A stretch of 64,000 bases of DNA from a virus (Duplodnaviria; Caudoviricetes): IMG/VR virus record IMGVR_UViG_3300028175_000001, one strand, 5' to 3'. Position numbers and translations under genes: made by a program. This document shows positions 17,960 through 28,223 of the stretch, piece by piece; position 1 is the stretch's first letter; every line of letters begins with the position of its first letter. The notes beneath the pieces were generated by a model. That model was not told the origin of the DNA. It did not search any database and saw nothing but the letters and a program-made list of their open reading frames with translations.

Positions 17960-17973
17960 GGTTGCTATTCTTT

Positions 17974-18285
17974 CTATTGATCACTAAAAATTGACTTAAA
18001 TTTTATATCAACATTTTGTTTTTTTACTTTATCTTTTTTAAATTCATTTAAAAGATGTTGCAAATTTCCTTGTTTTTCTTCTATACGCAATTGCTTTTTA
18101 CTCTTGGGTTCTTCTCTTAACTTAAACATTCTAACGATAGAAGAAATGGTTTCAGTATCACTCTTATTTATATTTTTCTCTACCAACACATCTATTACAT
18201 TTTTTGCAATACTGTAACTGATATCATATTTTTCTGCAAGAATTGTAGTTTCTTTTTGTTGTCTAAAAGCCGTGAAATCCAGCAT
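17974..18285 (-). CDS. Hypothetical protein
   Basis: ORF track. Confidence 0.55.
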   Translation of the reverse strand: MLDFTAFRQQKETTILAEKYDISYSIAKNVIDVLVEKNINKSDTETISSIVRMFKLREEPKSKKQLRIEEKQGNLQHLLNEFKKDKVKKQNVDIKFKSIFSDQ

Positions 18286-19033
18286 GTTTACGTCCGTATT
18301 TAAGATAAATCATAGAACCGGTTAGTTCATCTTGTAACACAATGGGTTTGCTTGGATTAGCTCTTCCATATTGTCTAATGGCTTCTCCCGTATCATCATT
18401 GCCTACATATTGTTCATATTTAGCATATCGACGTTTACCGTATCTCGCTCTCATAAAAGTTTCTGGTTTAACTATAAAAACCTCTGAACCAGCAAATGTG
18501 CTTCCTTTTTTTATTTTCTTCTTCTTTATTCCTGGTTCTGATTGTCCTGGAATAGAGGGATTTTCAACACCGAGCCCTGCAATAGCGCCTCCACCAGCGG
18601 CCAATCCGTCTTCGTTCAATTCTTCTTCTCTGCGGCTAATTTCATCTATTAATAGACCAATTTCTTTTTTATTATATTGACATTCTTGTAAAAATGATGT
18701 ATATTTTTTTTCTAAAAATGTCTGATCATAATATAATTTTGCGTTTTTATTTTCTTCTTTCAGTAAAAACAGCGCCGCTACAAAAGTAGCAAATTTTGTT
18801 GATCCCCCAGGAACTTTCGCTAAAATTTTTTTTAAATTAAAAACCAATGTATCTGTTAATGTGTATGATTCTTTTTCTTCTTTAGTCTTTAATTTACTTC
18901 TTTTTTTAAGAATTTTTCCGTTTTTATCAATAATCCCCAATTCAAAAGCTTTCGTGCTACTAAAAGGAGTCGCAAGTCTTTTAATAAACGTATAAACAAA
19001 AAATATATTACCTGCGGCTGAAGCTAATCCCAT
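18263..19033 (-). CDS. Conserved marine T4-like hypothetical/virion protein
   Basis: FIKRLATPF..TKAFELGIIDKNGK and RYAKYEQYVG motifs. Confidence 0.7.
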   Translation of the reverse strand: MGLASAAGNIFFVYTFIKRLATPFSSTKAFELGIIDKNGKILKKRSKLKTKEEKESYTLTDTLVFNLKKILAKVPGGSTKFATFVAALFLLKEENKNAKLYYDQTFLEKKYTSFLQECQYNKKEIGLLIDEISRREEELNEDGLAAGGGAIAGLGVENPSIPGQSEPGIKKKKIKKGSTFAGSEVFIVKPETFMRARYGKRRYAKYEQYVGNDDTGEAIRQYGRANPSKPIVLQDELTGSMIYLKYGRKHAGFHGF

Positions 19034-19442
19034 TTGGTGTTATCTCTCGTAATCTGTTTGCTATTTCTAAATTTACTCTTATATCACTACTAATAATCTT
19101 TTCGCCATTTATGCTTGATATTTGTTCTGGCATGAATTCTAAATATATCAAAAAAGTTTTTAAATAAGTCCAATATTTTTGAGATATTTTCAAAAATAAT
19201 ATTCTAGATAAAACCTCAACTGGAAAAACATTTCCTAATGTTATTATGTGATTTAAAATTAATCTTTCCTTTAAATCACCACCTAAATGATATCGATTCA
19301 ACAATCTTTTCAGGTATTTTATAATTTTTAAATCATTATGAAAATCTTGTTCACTTAAACATTGAGGATTTTCATAATATTTCATTGCATATAATATATA
19401 ATTATCTTTATTCAAATCATCAAACACTGGTTTTTCTTTCAA
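19008..19442 (-). CDS. Conserved marine T4-like hypothetical protein
   Basis: YAMKYYENPQC...DFHNDLKIIKYLKRLL...ERLILNHII. Confidence 0.75.
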   Translation of the reverse strand: MKEKPVFDDLNKDNYILYAMKYYENPQCLSEQDFHNDLKIIKYLKRLLNRYHLGGDLKERLILNHIITLGNVFPVEVLSRILFLKISQKYWTYLKTFLIYLEFMPEQISSINGEKIISSDIRVNLEIANRLREITPNGISFSRR

Positions 19443-19730
19443 TCAGCTTTTTATGGCTGTTTCATTGTTTATTTCTTCTTTTCCGGTTAAAAAATAAGTA
19501 CACGTTTGAATTGCGCCATCAATCATAGTAAGATGAGTTTTTAAATTCAGTAATTCTGTTTCAAATTGATTTATTTTTTGTATCGTCAAACCTCTATCAT
19601 TATTTAATTTTTCAAATTCTTTTTCTATTTTTTCAATCATGATATTATCAATTCTTTTTTTATTCTCGTCATAAGTTGCAACATATTCTTTTTCTAAAAC
19701 CGTTTGATTTTTAGTGGGTTTTTTTTTCAT
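19443..19730 (-). CDS. Coiled-coil hypothetical protein
   Basis: ORF track. Confidence 0.55.
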   Translation of the reverse strand: MKKKPTKNQTVLEKEYVATYDENKKRIDNIMIEKIEKEFEKLNNDRGLTIQKINQFETELLNLKTHLTMIDGAIQTCTYFLTGKEEINNETAIKS

Positions 19731-19737
19731 AATATTA

Positions 19738-22170
19738 TTAATATTCCTCTATAAAAACATTTCCTGTAAACTCTTCTAATTTTCGAATCATACGTTCCAT
19801 ATTTACACGAATAACTTTTCCTGTCTTAACGTTTCTAGAATAAAATTCCCATTCATTGTTTTCATTGTGAGGACCAAGTTTTGTTTCATTTCCCCCCTCA
19901 TCCATTGTATATATGTGTGATTCTGCGACATCATCTCTTGCATACAAATATGCTTGATTTACTCCTTGAGTAGTTGGTGCAGTACCATTTTTTATTGCTA
20001 GAATACCAGCACCTGATCCAACAGAGCCAGTAGTTATAGTTGCTCCAGCAAGGGCTAAAGAAGATTGAGCATGCACTTCTCCACCAAACCACGCCGCTTG
20101 TACAACGCCCAAACCACCAGCAGTTTTTATTGCCCCCGAAGTAGTCGATGTTGAATTAGTTGTTGATGAAACATTGATTTGATTAATTTTATCACTAAAA
20201 ATAAATCCATCAGTTAAATTATGAGTTATTTTTGCTTCTTCATCAGTTTCTAAATCAAGTCTACCGCCTTCAGTACCACTTCCAGAGGCCGTTCCATCTT
20301 CTTGTAACAGAAATCCAGTCGTGTTTGTGGTGTCCATAATTTTAAATTGACTACCAAATACAAGAGAACTGCCGTTTGATACAAAAACACTACCGTCTGT
20401 TCGAATTTTTTCACTACTTTCAATTTGAGTGTTTGAAACTAATTGATCCGAAAGTGCTTTTAATTTAATTTTATTACCCGCAGTACCAGAATATATTGTA
20501 AAGTTTTTTCCTAGACCGTCTGACCCAACCGTTATAATTCCTGTCATATCAACATTAGATTTGACATTCATCAATGTTCCATCTATTGTTGCGCCTGATC
20601 CTGTTATACTTAAATTAGAGCTACTAATATTTGTGTTTGTACCAGATAATGTAACATTAGATGTAATATTAGTATTTGTACCAGCAAATACTGAATTAGA
20701 TATAACATTAAATATCGCTGAATCCACTTCTACATTTGATGTTGCGGTAAATGTAATAAGATCATCAGAAGCGATCTCTATTTCTCCGTCAATTGGAGAA
20801 TTTATTGTTAACGCCGCATCTCTAAAAATTAATTCTTTTGTTCCTGATATGCTTACATTATCTGAAAATATACCAAAAGCACCACTTACATTTCCCGTTG
20901 CTGTCATTGAACTCGCAACAACAACGTTCCCTGTTATTGTAAGTTCATCTACATAAGCATTGGCAAAACGATTTGTAGTGTTTCCTAGATCATAAACCGA
21001 ATCTATATTGGGAAGAATATCAGATCCAATATCAGCATTGAATGTTACTGTATCTGCATTGGAATCCCCTAATGCAATTGTACCACCATCTGCTGTGATA
21101 TTTCCATTAGCATGTATATTTCCATGAACATTTAAGTTTCCACCGATAACCGCACTTTTAGCGATTCCCAGTCCTCCAGATAATGTCAAAGCACCAGTGC
21201 TGTTGCTTGTGGTGTCTATTGTTGAGGTGAGTGATACATTTGCGGTTATATTCACATTAGACGTAATAGTAGTTAATGATCCTGCCAATGTCGCATTAGC
21301 CGAAGAATATAAATTCTCACTTATGATATGAGTATTTGTGGCCAACAGAGTAATATTTGATGAAATAACAGTATTTGTTCCTGCAAACGTACTATTACTT
21401 GTTATATAAACATTTGCACCAGTAATTGAAACATTATCACTGGTAAAAGTACTATTTGATGAAATAACAGTATTTGTTCCTGCAAACGTACTATTACTTG
21501 TTATATAAACATTTGCACCAGTAATTGAAACATTATCACTGGTAAAAGTACTATTTGATGAAACAACCGTGTTTGTTCCTGCAAGTATAGTATTTGACGT
21601 TATATAAACATTTGCACCAGTAATTGAAACATTATCACTGGTAAAAGTACTATTTGATGAAACAACCGTGTTTGTTCCTGCAAGTATAGTATTTGACGTT
21701 ATATAAACATTTGCGCCTGTGAATGTTATATTTGCCGATGCATTTGTATTTGCTGTAATCAATAAATTTTCATCAGTAGATCCATTAATCACACTTACAT
21801 ATGCGTTTTTCCAACCTACGGTTGTGTTTCCTAAATCATATAAAGCATTTGTGGTACCAATTAAATTAGAAGATAATGAAGTAATTGTTGCAATATTTAA
21901 AACAGTGAGTGCATTTACTGTTAACTTATTATCAATCTTCATGCTTTCTTGTACACCAACACCGCCCTTAAAAATAACAGCGGCATTGGTAGAACTAGAC
22001 AATATTTTAGTATTGGCGAATACTGTTTCGGGTTCAACGTTTGAAAAAAATTGCGTTAATGATATTTTTTTATTCGAAGGGATGCCTGCTGGATCATCAA
22101 CGAGTAGTAGTAAATCTTCTCTAGCCGCGGTTGATACTGCAGGAAGACCCGAAATGCGTTTATCTGCCAT
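19738..22170 (-). CDS. Tail fibre/spike-like protein
   Basis: Ser/Thr/Asn-rich beta repeats, YDLG motifs, N-terminal anchor shared with 22188..22976. Confidence 0.75.
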   Translation of the reverse strand: MADKRISGLPAVSTAAREDLLLLVDDPAGIPSNKKISLTQFFSNVEPETVFANTKILSSSTNAAVIFKGGVGVQESMKIDNKLTVNALTVLNIATITSLSSNLIGTTNALYDLGNTTVGWKNAYVSVINGSTDENLLITANTNASANITFTGANVYITSNTILAGTNTVVSSNSTFTSDNVSITGANVYITSNTILAGTNTVVSSNSTFTSDNVSITGANVYITSNSTFAGTNTVISSNSTFTSDNVSITGANVYITSNSTFAGTNTVISSNITLLATNTHIISENLYSSANATLAGSLTTITSNVNITANVSLTSTIDTTSNSTGALTLSGGLGIAKSAVIGGNLNVHGNIHANGNITADGGTIALGDSNADTVTFNADIGSDILPNIDSVYDLGNTTNRFANAYVDELTITGNVVVASSMTATGNVSGAFGIFSDNVSISGTKELIFRDAALTINSPIDGEIEIASDDLITFTATSNVEVDSAIFNVISNSVFAGTNTNITSNVTLSGTNTNISSSNLSITGSGATIDGTLMNVKSNVDMTGIITVGSDGLGKNFTIYSGTAGNKIKLKALSDQLVSNTQIESSEKIRTDGSVFVSNGSSLVFGSQFKIMDTTNTTGFLLQEDGTASGSGTEGGRLDLETDEEAKITHNLTDGFIFSDKINQINVSSTTNSTSTTSGAIKTAGGLGVVQAAWFGGEVHAQSSLALAGATITTGSVGSGAGILAIKNGTAPTTQGVNQAYLYARDDVAESHIYTMDEGGNETKLGPHNENNEWEFYSRNVKTGKVIRVNMERMIRKLEEFTGNVFIEEY
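21354..21717. repeat. About 3.7 tandem copies of a 99-bp unit (33 aa TGANVYITSN...SDNVSI)
   Basis: Exact 99-bp periodicity (tatttgat at 21354, 21453...); two subtypes in A-A-B-B order. Confidence 0.9.
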
Positions 22171-22187
22171 TTTACTTCAATTCCTTA

Positions 22188-22976
22188 TCAGGTCATGCTT
22201 GTGTTACTTGTTGCTAACAGCCAATATTCGGTTCCGTTAACTTTAATTCTTAATCTTGCATCAGATGGTGAATCGCTCATAGCAGTTCCAAACATTACGA
22301 GATTTGCGGAAGTTGCACTCGTATTTGAAACAGCCGCGGAAGCAACATATCCATCTGTGTTGCCTGATCCACCAAGTGAAGCACCAAGTTCAGCAAAATA
22401 ATGAACAGCTTGTGCCCCTGGATGATTATCAGCGGTCCATCCCCCCTGGTCTCTTAAACTAAGAAAAGCATCGGGTTTTGTGGCTCTTGCAGACGATCCT
22501 TTATTTGTGTCGTTTATGTCGACCATTAAACCATACGCTCTTGCAGAACCACCAGTATATGCTGTATTTACATTTGCTGAATCAACTGCATTAGTCATAT
22601 TCAATGTAATTTTTGCACCAGAGGCGGATGTAGTGACTATTGTATTAGAACCAGAAATGTTTGCATCTACTTTTGCACCAAATATATTGACTACTGAATT
22701 AGCATCACCTGTTCTATGGTCATGGGTTGTTTGTGAATTCAATGCCGTAATATCACCAGACGTTGAACCGGTAGCAGTTGAAATAGTTGTAGATATAAAC
22801 GATCTACCAGTAATGTCTCCTGAATTAGTCGAATGATTCAAGTTCCCAAAAAGATTGAAAACACTAACCTTTTTGTTTACGGGACTACCTGAAGGATCGT
22901 CTACTACATGGACAACATCATCAGATGCAATCGCGGTGGACAGATCTGCTAAATCCGTCATTTTTTTGTCAGCCAT
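22188..22976 (-). CDS. Virion fibre-like protein
   Basis: MADKKMTDL...[15 protein letters not shown] homologous to the N-terminus of 19738..22170. Confidence 0.7.
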   Translation of the reverse strand: MADKKMTDLADLSTAIASDDVVHVVDDPSGSPVNKKVSVFNLFGNLNHSTNSGDITGRSFISTTISTATGSTSGDITALNSQTTHDHRTGDANSVVNIFGAKVDANISGSNTIVTTSASGAKITLNMTNAVDSANVNTAYTGGSARAYGLMVDINDTNKGSSARATKPDAFLSLRDQGGWTADNHPGAQAVHYFAELGASLGGSGNTDGYVASAAVSNTSATSANLVMFGTAMSDSPSDARLRIKVNGTEYWLLATSNTSMT

Positions 22977-23028
22977 TGTTTTAACTCCTTAAAATGGATG
23001 AAGTTGCTGGGACTCAGCCAAGACGTTA

Positions 23029-23319
23029 TTATGAATCTTTTGCTTCTTCAATTAATTGTTGTATAACTATTTTAGCACCGTGCAATCCGCTTAATTCGAA
23101 TTTTACGGTTTCTTCGTTATTATTTAGTTCTCGTTTTTTGTTTGCATATTCAGTTAATAGATTTTCCTGTTCATCATACATTTCATTAATATCTATCATT
23201 TTTTTTTCAAGAATAGTAACGAGAGATTCCTGTATTGAAGGAATCTCTCTATCCTCGCCATTATCTATCACAAGTTCAGGAACTTTTCTATTGTTCTTTT
23301 CATTTTTACCCATAATCAC
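23029..23319 (-). CDS. Coiled-coil hypothetical protein (possible fibre chaperone)
   Basis: ORF track; similar in style to 19443..19730. Confidence 0.55.
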   Translation of the reverse strand: MIMGKNEKNNRKVPELVIDNGEDREIPSIQESLVTILEKKMIDINEMYDEQENLLTEYANKKRELNNNEETVKFELSGLHGAKIVIQQLIEEAKDS

Positions 23320-23347
23320 CTTTTATTATCAAAAATTACGTATTACT

Positions 23348-23941
23348 CTATGCTAATACAGTATGTGTAACTGCGGTCACTCCTGACATCACTAATGATG
23401 CATCAGCAGGAGTTCCTCCTTGATCTTTAAGAGTTCCGCCAGCAAGTACAACATTTGCACCACCGATTGTCATAACATCACCTGTGGCAAGTGTCTGACT
23501 TGCAACCTGGAAGGTAAGTCTGTTTGTACCCGTACCAGAAGTATATGCACATGTATGATCTGCAGAAACATCATTAGCAATAACAACAGTTGGATTTCCT
23601 GTAACTGTTATAGCCTCATCCCATGTGATTGTAACCGAGACTCTTTGCGAACTTGAACCTGCTGTATGATCAGTAGTGGCCGTTGTTCCTGGTGAAAATC
23701 TAAATGATGTAATAGTTGCTGTTTTAAGACCAGTAGTCGCAGAAGCACCCGCTAATCCACGAATTGCTACTAGCACTTCTGGATCTGCGCTTGTATTGCC
23801 ATTTCCTGTAGCCGCTCCATCTATTACCCATCCAGCATTAGTTGCATAACATTCTGCTTTGTTGTAATCTGAATCTTCATCTGCAGGCAAAAACTTGGGT
23901 TTATTATTATCTGCCGCGGCAGTAGTTCCCCATAAAGCCAT
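23348..23941 (-). CDS. Virion structural protein with Ig-like C-terminal domain
   Basis: MALWG...KPKFLP, PEVLVAI, YTSGTGTNRLTF. Confidence 0.7.
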   Translation of the reverse strand: MALWGTTAAADNNKPKFLPADEDSDYNKAECYATNAGWVIDGAATGNGNTSADPEVLVAIRGLAGASATTGLKTATITSFRFSPGTTATTDHTAGSSSQRVSVTITWDEAITVTGNPTVVIANDVSADHTCAYTSGTGTNRLTFQVASQTLATGDVMTIGGANVVLAGGTLKDQGGTPADASLVMSGVTAVTHTVLA

Positions 23942-23981
23942 TTTTTTCTCCTAATTAAAATTGTTTATTCTCTTTATTTAG

Positions 23982-26900
23982 TTAGTTAACAACAAAACCT
24001 TTTTTTTGCCGTTGTTCATTTGATTGAATAAATCTTGAATATAAATCTATATTTTCAAAAGTTTTAGGTGGATCTGTAGTATAAATGCCTTGTCCCGTTT
24101 TATCTTTTCCAATAGCCGGAATGCCTTCGTCACCTATAATACTATTTCCTTTTTCTGTTAATTCTTTAACACCAAATCCTAACATCATTTCAATAAATTC
24201 TTCCATAGCCATATCTTGATCATCATAAGCAGATTGAACATCGGCTAAAGTAATTGTCGCCAATGCTCCTTCTTTATTTTCTAATCTCAATTTATCAGGA
24301 GTTTCTTCAATTTTATAAAACGAATAGTCTTCTATATTTTTAATAGAAGTTCCCATTACATAATGAATTAGCTGTTCAAAAATTTTATAGGGATCTCTAT
24401 CATTAACAGTGATGTTTCCTTCTTTAACATCTTGACCAGGAGTAGTTTTTCTATAGGTGTTGGCTAACTTGTCAGTACCCCATTCTCCAGCTCTTTCATC
24501 GACTTTTGGTTCTATTGGTTTTTTTCTATCTAACAAAACTTTTTCAAGTTTTAATCTTGATTTAGTGATCATATTATCATTTTCTTGCGATATAATAGAT
24601 TCATACATGCCTTGATTATCCCCGAATTCCTCATATTGGCGTCTGCTAAAGCCCATTTTTTTAGCTAAAGCTTCCCAATCAGATATTTTATGTTCTTTAT
24701 TAGGGCCCGTGATTTCTTTTGCAATAGATTTTGCTTGATTCATCAAATAAAGTTTATTTACTATTGGATTGTTAGAAATTCTTGACTTAAATTCTTCATT
24801 AACTGCTTCTTCGACTTCGTTATTTTTTAAAAAGCCATCTCTTTTTCTTGATAACATTCGCATGTGATCACGATCTTTCCCGGAAAGATATTTTAAGTGT
24901 TTAGTTCGACTATGAAATTTATCAATTTCTTTATCGATTGATTTTAAATTTTCTATCATGTTATCCTCGTTTTTAAAATATTTTTTAGAAAAAGCCTTTG
25001 CGAATTTAACTGATTGGAGTTTCCGTTTATTTCTTACCTTGCCGGAGTTATTTCCATAATTTGCACTTGCTCCACCAGAACCTCCGGGTTCTCTCCCTTG
25101 AACTTCGGCTTTACTTGCGGCTCTACTAAGTAATCCTGTAGTTATTTCATTTACTTCATCGTTTTCTCCATGTCGTGCATAAAAAAGCCCGGATTGATTT
25201 TTTATCGAATCTTTACTTTGTGAATGATCTTGATTAATAAATTCTTCAGGAAAAGATTTAGCCATCATATCTAAAACAATTTTTCGTGGTTCTATTTCAT
25301 TATCAATGTCCTGAACGGAAGGAATTTTTCCTGAGGCGGCTATTTGTGCAAGTTTTTTAAAATATAAGCTATCAATACTATTTCTATGTTTTTTTGCATA
25401 AGCGGATAATTCTTGAGAAAGATCACGCAATTTTGTTTTCACGGCCGCTTCACTAAGTTCAACTTCTTCAATATACATATTCAATTCATATGAACCCTTA
25501 GGCATTCCGAAGACTTGAAATTGTAACCTTTTCTTTTGTGGTTTACCGTTTTTCTCCAACCCGATATTAAACCTTTTGGTCTTTCCTTCACCTGGCCGAC
25601 CTCTTCCAGAAGCACCGCCCATAGTGACTTCTCTGTTCCAATCGCCATCATCTAAATCATACCCCTGTTTTTCTGCATAATCCTTGGCATGAGTTGCCGC
25701 AGAGGTAAAAGTTTTGTGATAGATTGTATATTTTGATGCGGCTTCACCAAGTTCAACGTCTTCTTTGATTTTGAAAAATTTATTAAATTCCTGCCACATT
25801 ACTTTTTCTTGGTCTGGTTTTGTTTTATTTTGTTTAAAGATGAGTTCTAAACCACTCTTCATTTTAGGAATATTATTTTTATGTTTTTGTTTTAACATTC
25901 TGAAGATATTTTTAGATTGTATTCTTGTATTTTTCCACTCATCCCAACTATCACTGGCCTCTTTAACAATTTCATAATTGCCTCTGAACTGATAATCTAA
26001 ACCATTCAGTGTTGACTGTGCATCTTTTTCTGATTTGAATTGGAGTGCATCTTTTGTGTTATCAACATCTCTGGACTTGTTACTCAAATATCTATTCTTT
26101 GCCTTTTTGTATTTGATTACATATGACATTTCACCAAGTTCAACTTCTTCATTTTGTCTAAATTTTTTCAATGCCATCTTTGCAATTGTGTCCATTTTAG
26201 CATCAGTCTGGGATGACCATTCCGAATCATATTGATTGCCTCCAGAATTGTCGAAAAGTTTTAAATCATATTTGTCTGGGAAGTATTTTTTATAGACGGA
26301 ACGTTCACGTTGACTACCCATACTACCCATGATAGGGGAAATGGTGTTTATAATTAAACTATCTTTTGTCGAGTCATCAATCTTACCATCTTTTTTGAGT
26401 TTTTTAATAATTTCTACTGCATATTTGACAAACTCGTTTTTATATTTTGATGCGGCTTCACCAAGTTCAACTTCCTCTTCTGCTGGTTTAATCGCAAGAA
26501 GTCCTTGTTTCGATTTAGGAACTTTAAAGTGTTTAATTGCTAATTGTTTTGCGGGCCATATTCCATCTGCTTCACTTTTCTTAATTTCCAATTGCTTTCC
26601 ACCATATATTGCAATCCATCCTGCAAATTTTTCAGCAACTTCAACTTCTTCTACCATTGAGACAGTTAGTTCGGGGTAATCACCTTTTTGCATAAGGTCA
26701 TCCATTACCTTTTTAGCTTTACCACCAGAACTGTATGTGCCAAGTATTTTTCCATTTTCGTCTTTAATTGTATACTTACCTTTTTTCCATCCTTCAGCAA
26801 CTTCTTCAGATTTAGCGCCCGGTTTAATTTTAGACCAGTTGACTGATTTTAAATCGCCATAATATACTTTTTTTCCATTTTCCTTTTTCCACCATCTTAT

Positions 26901-28223
26901 AGTTGTCGTATCATTTCTAGCGTCCACATGATATACTCCCACCATCTGATCATCGGGAGTCTTGGGCGAAAAATTAATTTTATCTGCAATTCTTTTGGCT
27001 CCTGTACCAGTTTTAACTACCTGAAGAATTTCTCCTGTCGTTACATTAATAATGTTATATGGGCCGGGCTTCCATCCTCCATGCCTTTCATCAAGTTCAA
27101 CTTCCTCGAAAAACTCTTGCCAACTTTTTTTATCAAAATTGAGTTTTGGTATAGATTTTTTCATATATCTAAGTATTTCATCTGTTGATTTGACATCGCT
27201 CACAGCAGTAACTACAATCTTATTGTTTTTCCACACTGCGATTGTTTGACCACCCATACCAAGTTTTTCTAATGTCTTACCATCAGTGGAGAGTAATCTA
27301 CCTTCCAAACTTTCTTTATCATAAAACGCCTGTATGACATCTTTATCTTTTGGTTTAAGTGCTTCATTAAGTTCAACTTCTTCTTTCAAAACAAAATTCT
27401 TAACAACATCTTTATGAACTACCCCACCACGTTTCATGTAATCTTTGAGTAATGATACTACCCAATTTTGATCTTTTCGTGGCAATTTCTTCAACAATGA
27501 TCCATATTTGGAATTGTCTGGTGCAACTTCTGTTGGCAATACTCTTGAGCCAGGAACATACATTGTTGCAAAAATCAAAGAATATTCATCAAAAGTCATT
27601 TTAATTCCTTTGAACCAAATTTGATCTCCACCTTCATTGAGGTCAACGGTTTTCTTTTCGATATTTGCATCATAATTTTTATTTATTTTTCTGCATTCGA
27701 AAACACTTTGTCGATTTTTAATTTTTTGACCGAAAGCAAAAATATCTTTAGTATATCGTTTCTTATTTTCTTCAATTCCTTTGTAAATTTCAATTTTTTC
27801 TTTTTTACCCGATAATTTTATACTTTTTTCAGATTTTGTATTTTGTCGAGATTTAATTGACTTATTAATTGCTTTTCTTTTTTTTGCAAGAAATTTATCG
27901 CTATTATCTATATCTCCATCGTTATCTATATCTCCATCTTCTTTGCCAACAGGATCCAATTTTTTCTTTTTTTCACTACGACTCTGTGCTGGCGTTTCAT
28001 CATCATTGTTTGATTTATTAGATTTTTTCTTGACGTTTGCAGTAGCATCTTTTTCACGTTTTTTTTTATCATCAGGATTATCGTCTTTAGCATAATGATG
28101 ATGATGGACATCTCCTTGCTCTTTCAATTTTAAAAATTCTTTATATATTAAATCGTTTTCGGGTTCTGTGAATAAACCGGGCGCAAGTGTTTTCCAGTTT
28201 TCATGAAGTGGGTTCGGTTTCAT
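23982..28223 (-). CDS. Large modular protein (putative internal-head polyprotein)
   Basis: About 15 small Lys-rich modules separated by EEVELxE/EEVAE/EVNE linkers; DGDIDNDGDIDNSD motif near the N-terminus. Confidence 0.75.
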   Translation of the reverse strand: MKPNPLHENWKTLAPGLFTEPENDLIYKEFLKLKEQGDVHHHHYAKDDNPDDKKKREKDATANVKKKSNKSNNDDETPAQSRSEKKKKLDPVGKEDGDIDNDGDIDNSDKFLAKKRKAINKSIKSRQNTKSEKSIKLSGKKEKIEIYKGIEENKKRYTKDIFAFGQKIKNRQSVFECRKINKNYDANIEKKTVDLNEGGDQIWFKGIKMTFDEYSLIFATMYVPGSRVLPTEVAPDNSKYGSLLKKLPRKDQNWVVSLLKDYMKRGGVVHKDVVKNFVLKEEVELNEALKPKDKDVIQAFYDKESLEGRLLSTDGKTLEKLGMGGQTIAVWKNNKIVVTAVSDVKSTDEILRYMKKSIPKLNFDKKSWQEFFEEVELDERHGGWKPGPYNIINVTTGEILQVVKTGTGAKRIADKINFSPKTPDDQMVGVYHVDARNDTTTIRWWKKENGKKVYYGDLKSVNWSKIKPGAKSEEVAEGWKKGKYTIKDENGKILGTYSSGGKAKKVMDDLMQKGDYPELTVSMVEEVEVAEKFAGWIAIYGGKQLEIKKSEADGIWPAKQLAIKHFKVPKSKQGLLAIKPAEEEVELGEAASKYKNEFVKYAVEIIKKLKKDGKIDDSTKDSLIINTISPIMGSMGSQRERSVYKKYFPDKYDLKLFDNSGGNQYDSEWSSQTDAKMDTIAKMALKKFRQNEEVELGEMSYVIKYKKAKNRYLSNKSRDVDNTKDALQFKSEKDAQSTLNGLDYQFRGNYEIVKEASDSWDEWKNTRIQSKNIFRMLKQKHKNNIPKMKSGLELIFKQNKTKPDQEKVMWQEFNKFFKIKEDVELGEAASKYTIYHKTFTSAATHAKDYAEKQGYDLDDGDWNREVTMGGASGRGRPGEGKTKRFNIGLEKNGKPQKKRLQFQVFGMPKGSYELNMYIEEVELSEAAVKTKLRDLSQELSAYAKKHRNSIDSLYFKKLAQIAASGKIPSVQDIDNEIEPRKIVLDMMAKSFPEEFINQDHSQSKDSIKNQSGLFYARHGENDEVNEITTGLLSRAASKAEVQGREPGGSGGASANYGNNSGKVRNKRKLQSVKFAKAFSKKYFKNEDNMIENLKSIDKEIDKFHSRTKHLKYLSGKDRDHMRMLSRKRDGFLKNNEVEEAVNEEFKSRISNNPIVNKLYLMNQAKSIAKEITGPNKEHKISDWEALAKKMGFSRRQYEEFGDNQGMYESIISQENDNMITKSRLKLEKVLLDRKKPIEPKVDERAGEWGTDKLANTYRKTTPGQDVKEGNITVNDRDPYKIFEQLIHYVMGTSIKNIEDYSFYKIEETPDKLRLENKEGALATITLADVQSAYDDQDMAMEEFIEMMLGFGVKELTEKGNSIIGDEGIPAIGKDKTGQGIYTTDPPKTFENIDLYSRFIQSNEQRQKKGFVVN
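25447..27380. repeat. Six dispersed linker repeats with core AAGTTCAAC, encoding E(E/D)VEL[GNDS]E
   Basis: Cores at 25455, 25749, 26136, 26463, 27093, 27369 (spacings 294, 387, 327, 630, 276, all in frame); 31-bp exact repeat at 25727..25757 and 26441..26471. Confidence 0.9.

Noticed and set aside
21354-21717. Diversity-generating retroelement template/variable repeats
   Set aside because: The repeats are tandem, the differences are not adenine-specific, and no reverse transcriptase is present in the window.
25447-27380. Repeat-spacer pattern resembling a CRISPR array
   Set aside because: Spacers are 276-630 bp, irregular and in frame inside one ORF; the repeats encode protein linkers; no cas genes are present.
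27904-27938. 18-bp tandem repeat as a regulatory element
   Set aside because: It simply encodes DGDIDN twice within an EF-hand-like motif of the large ORF.
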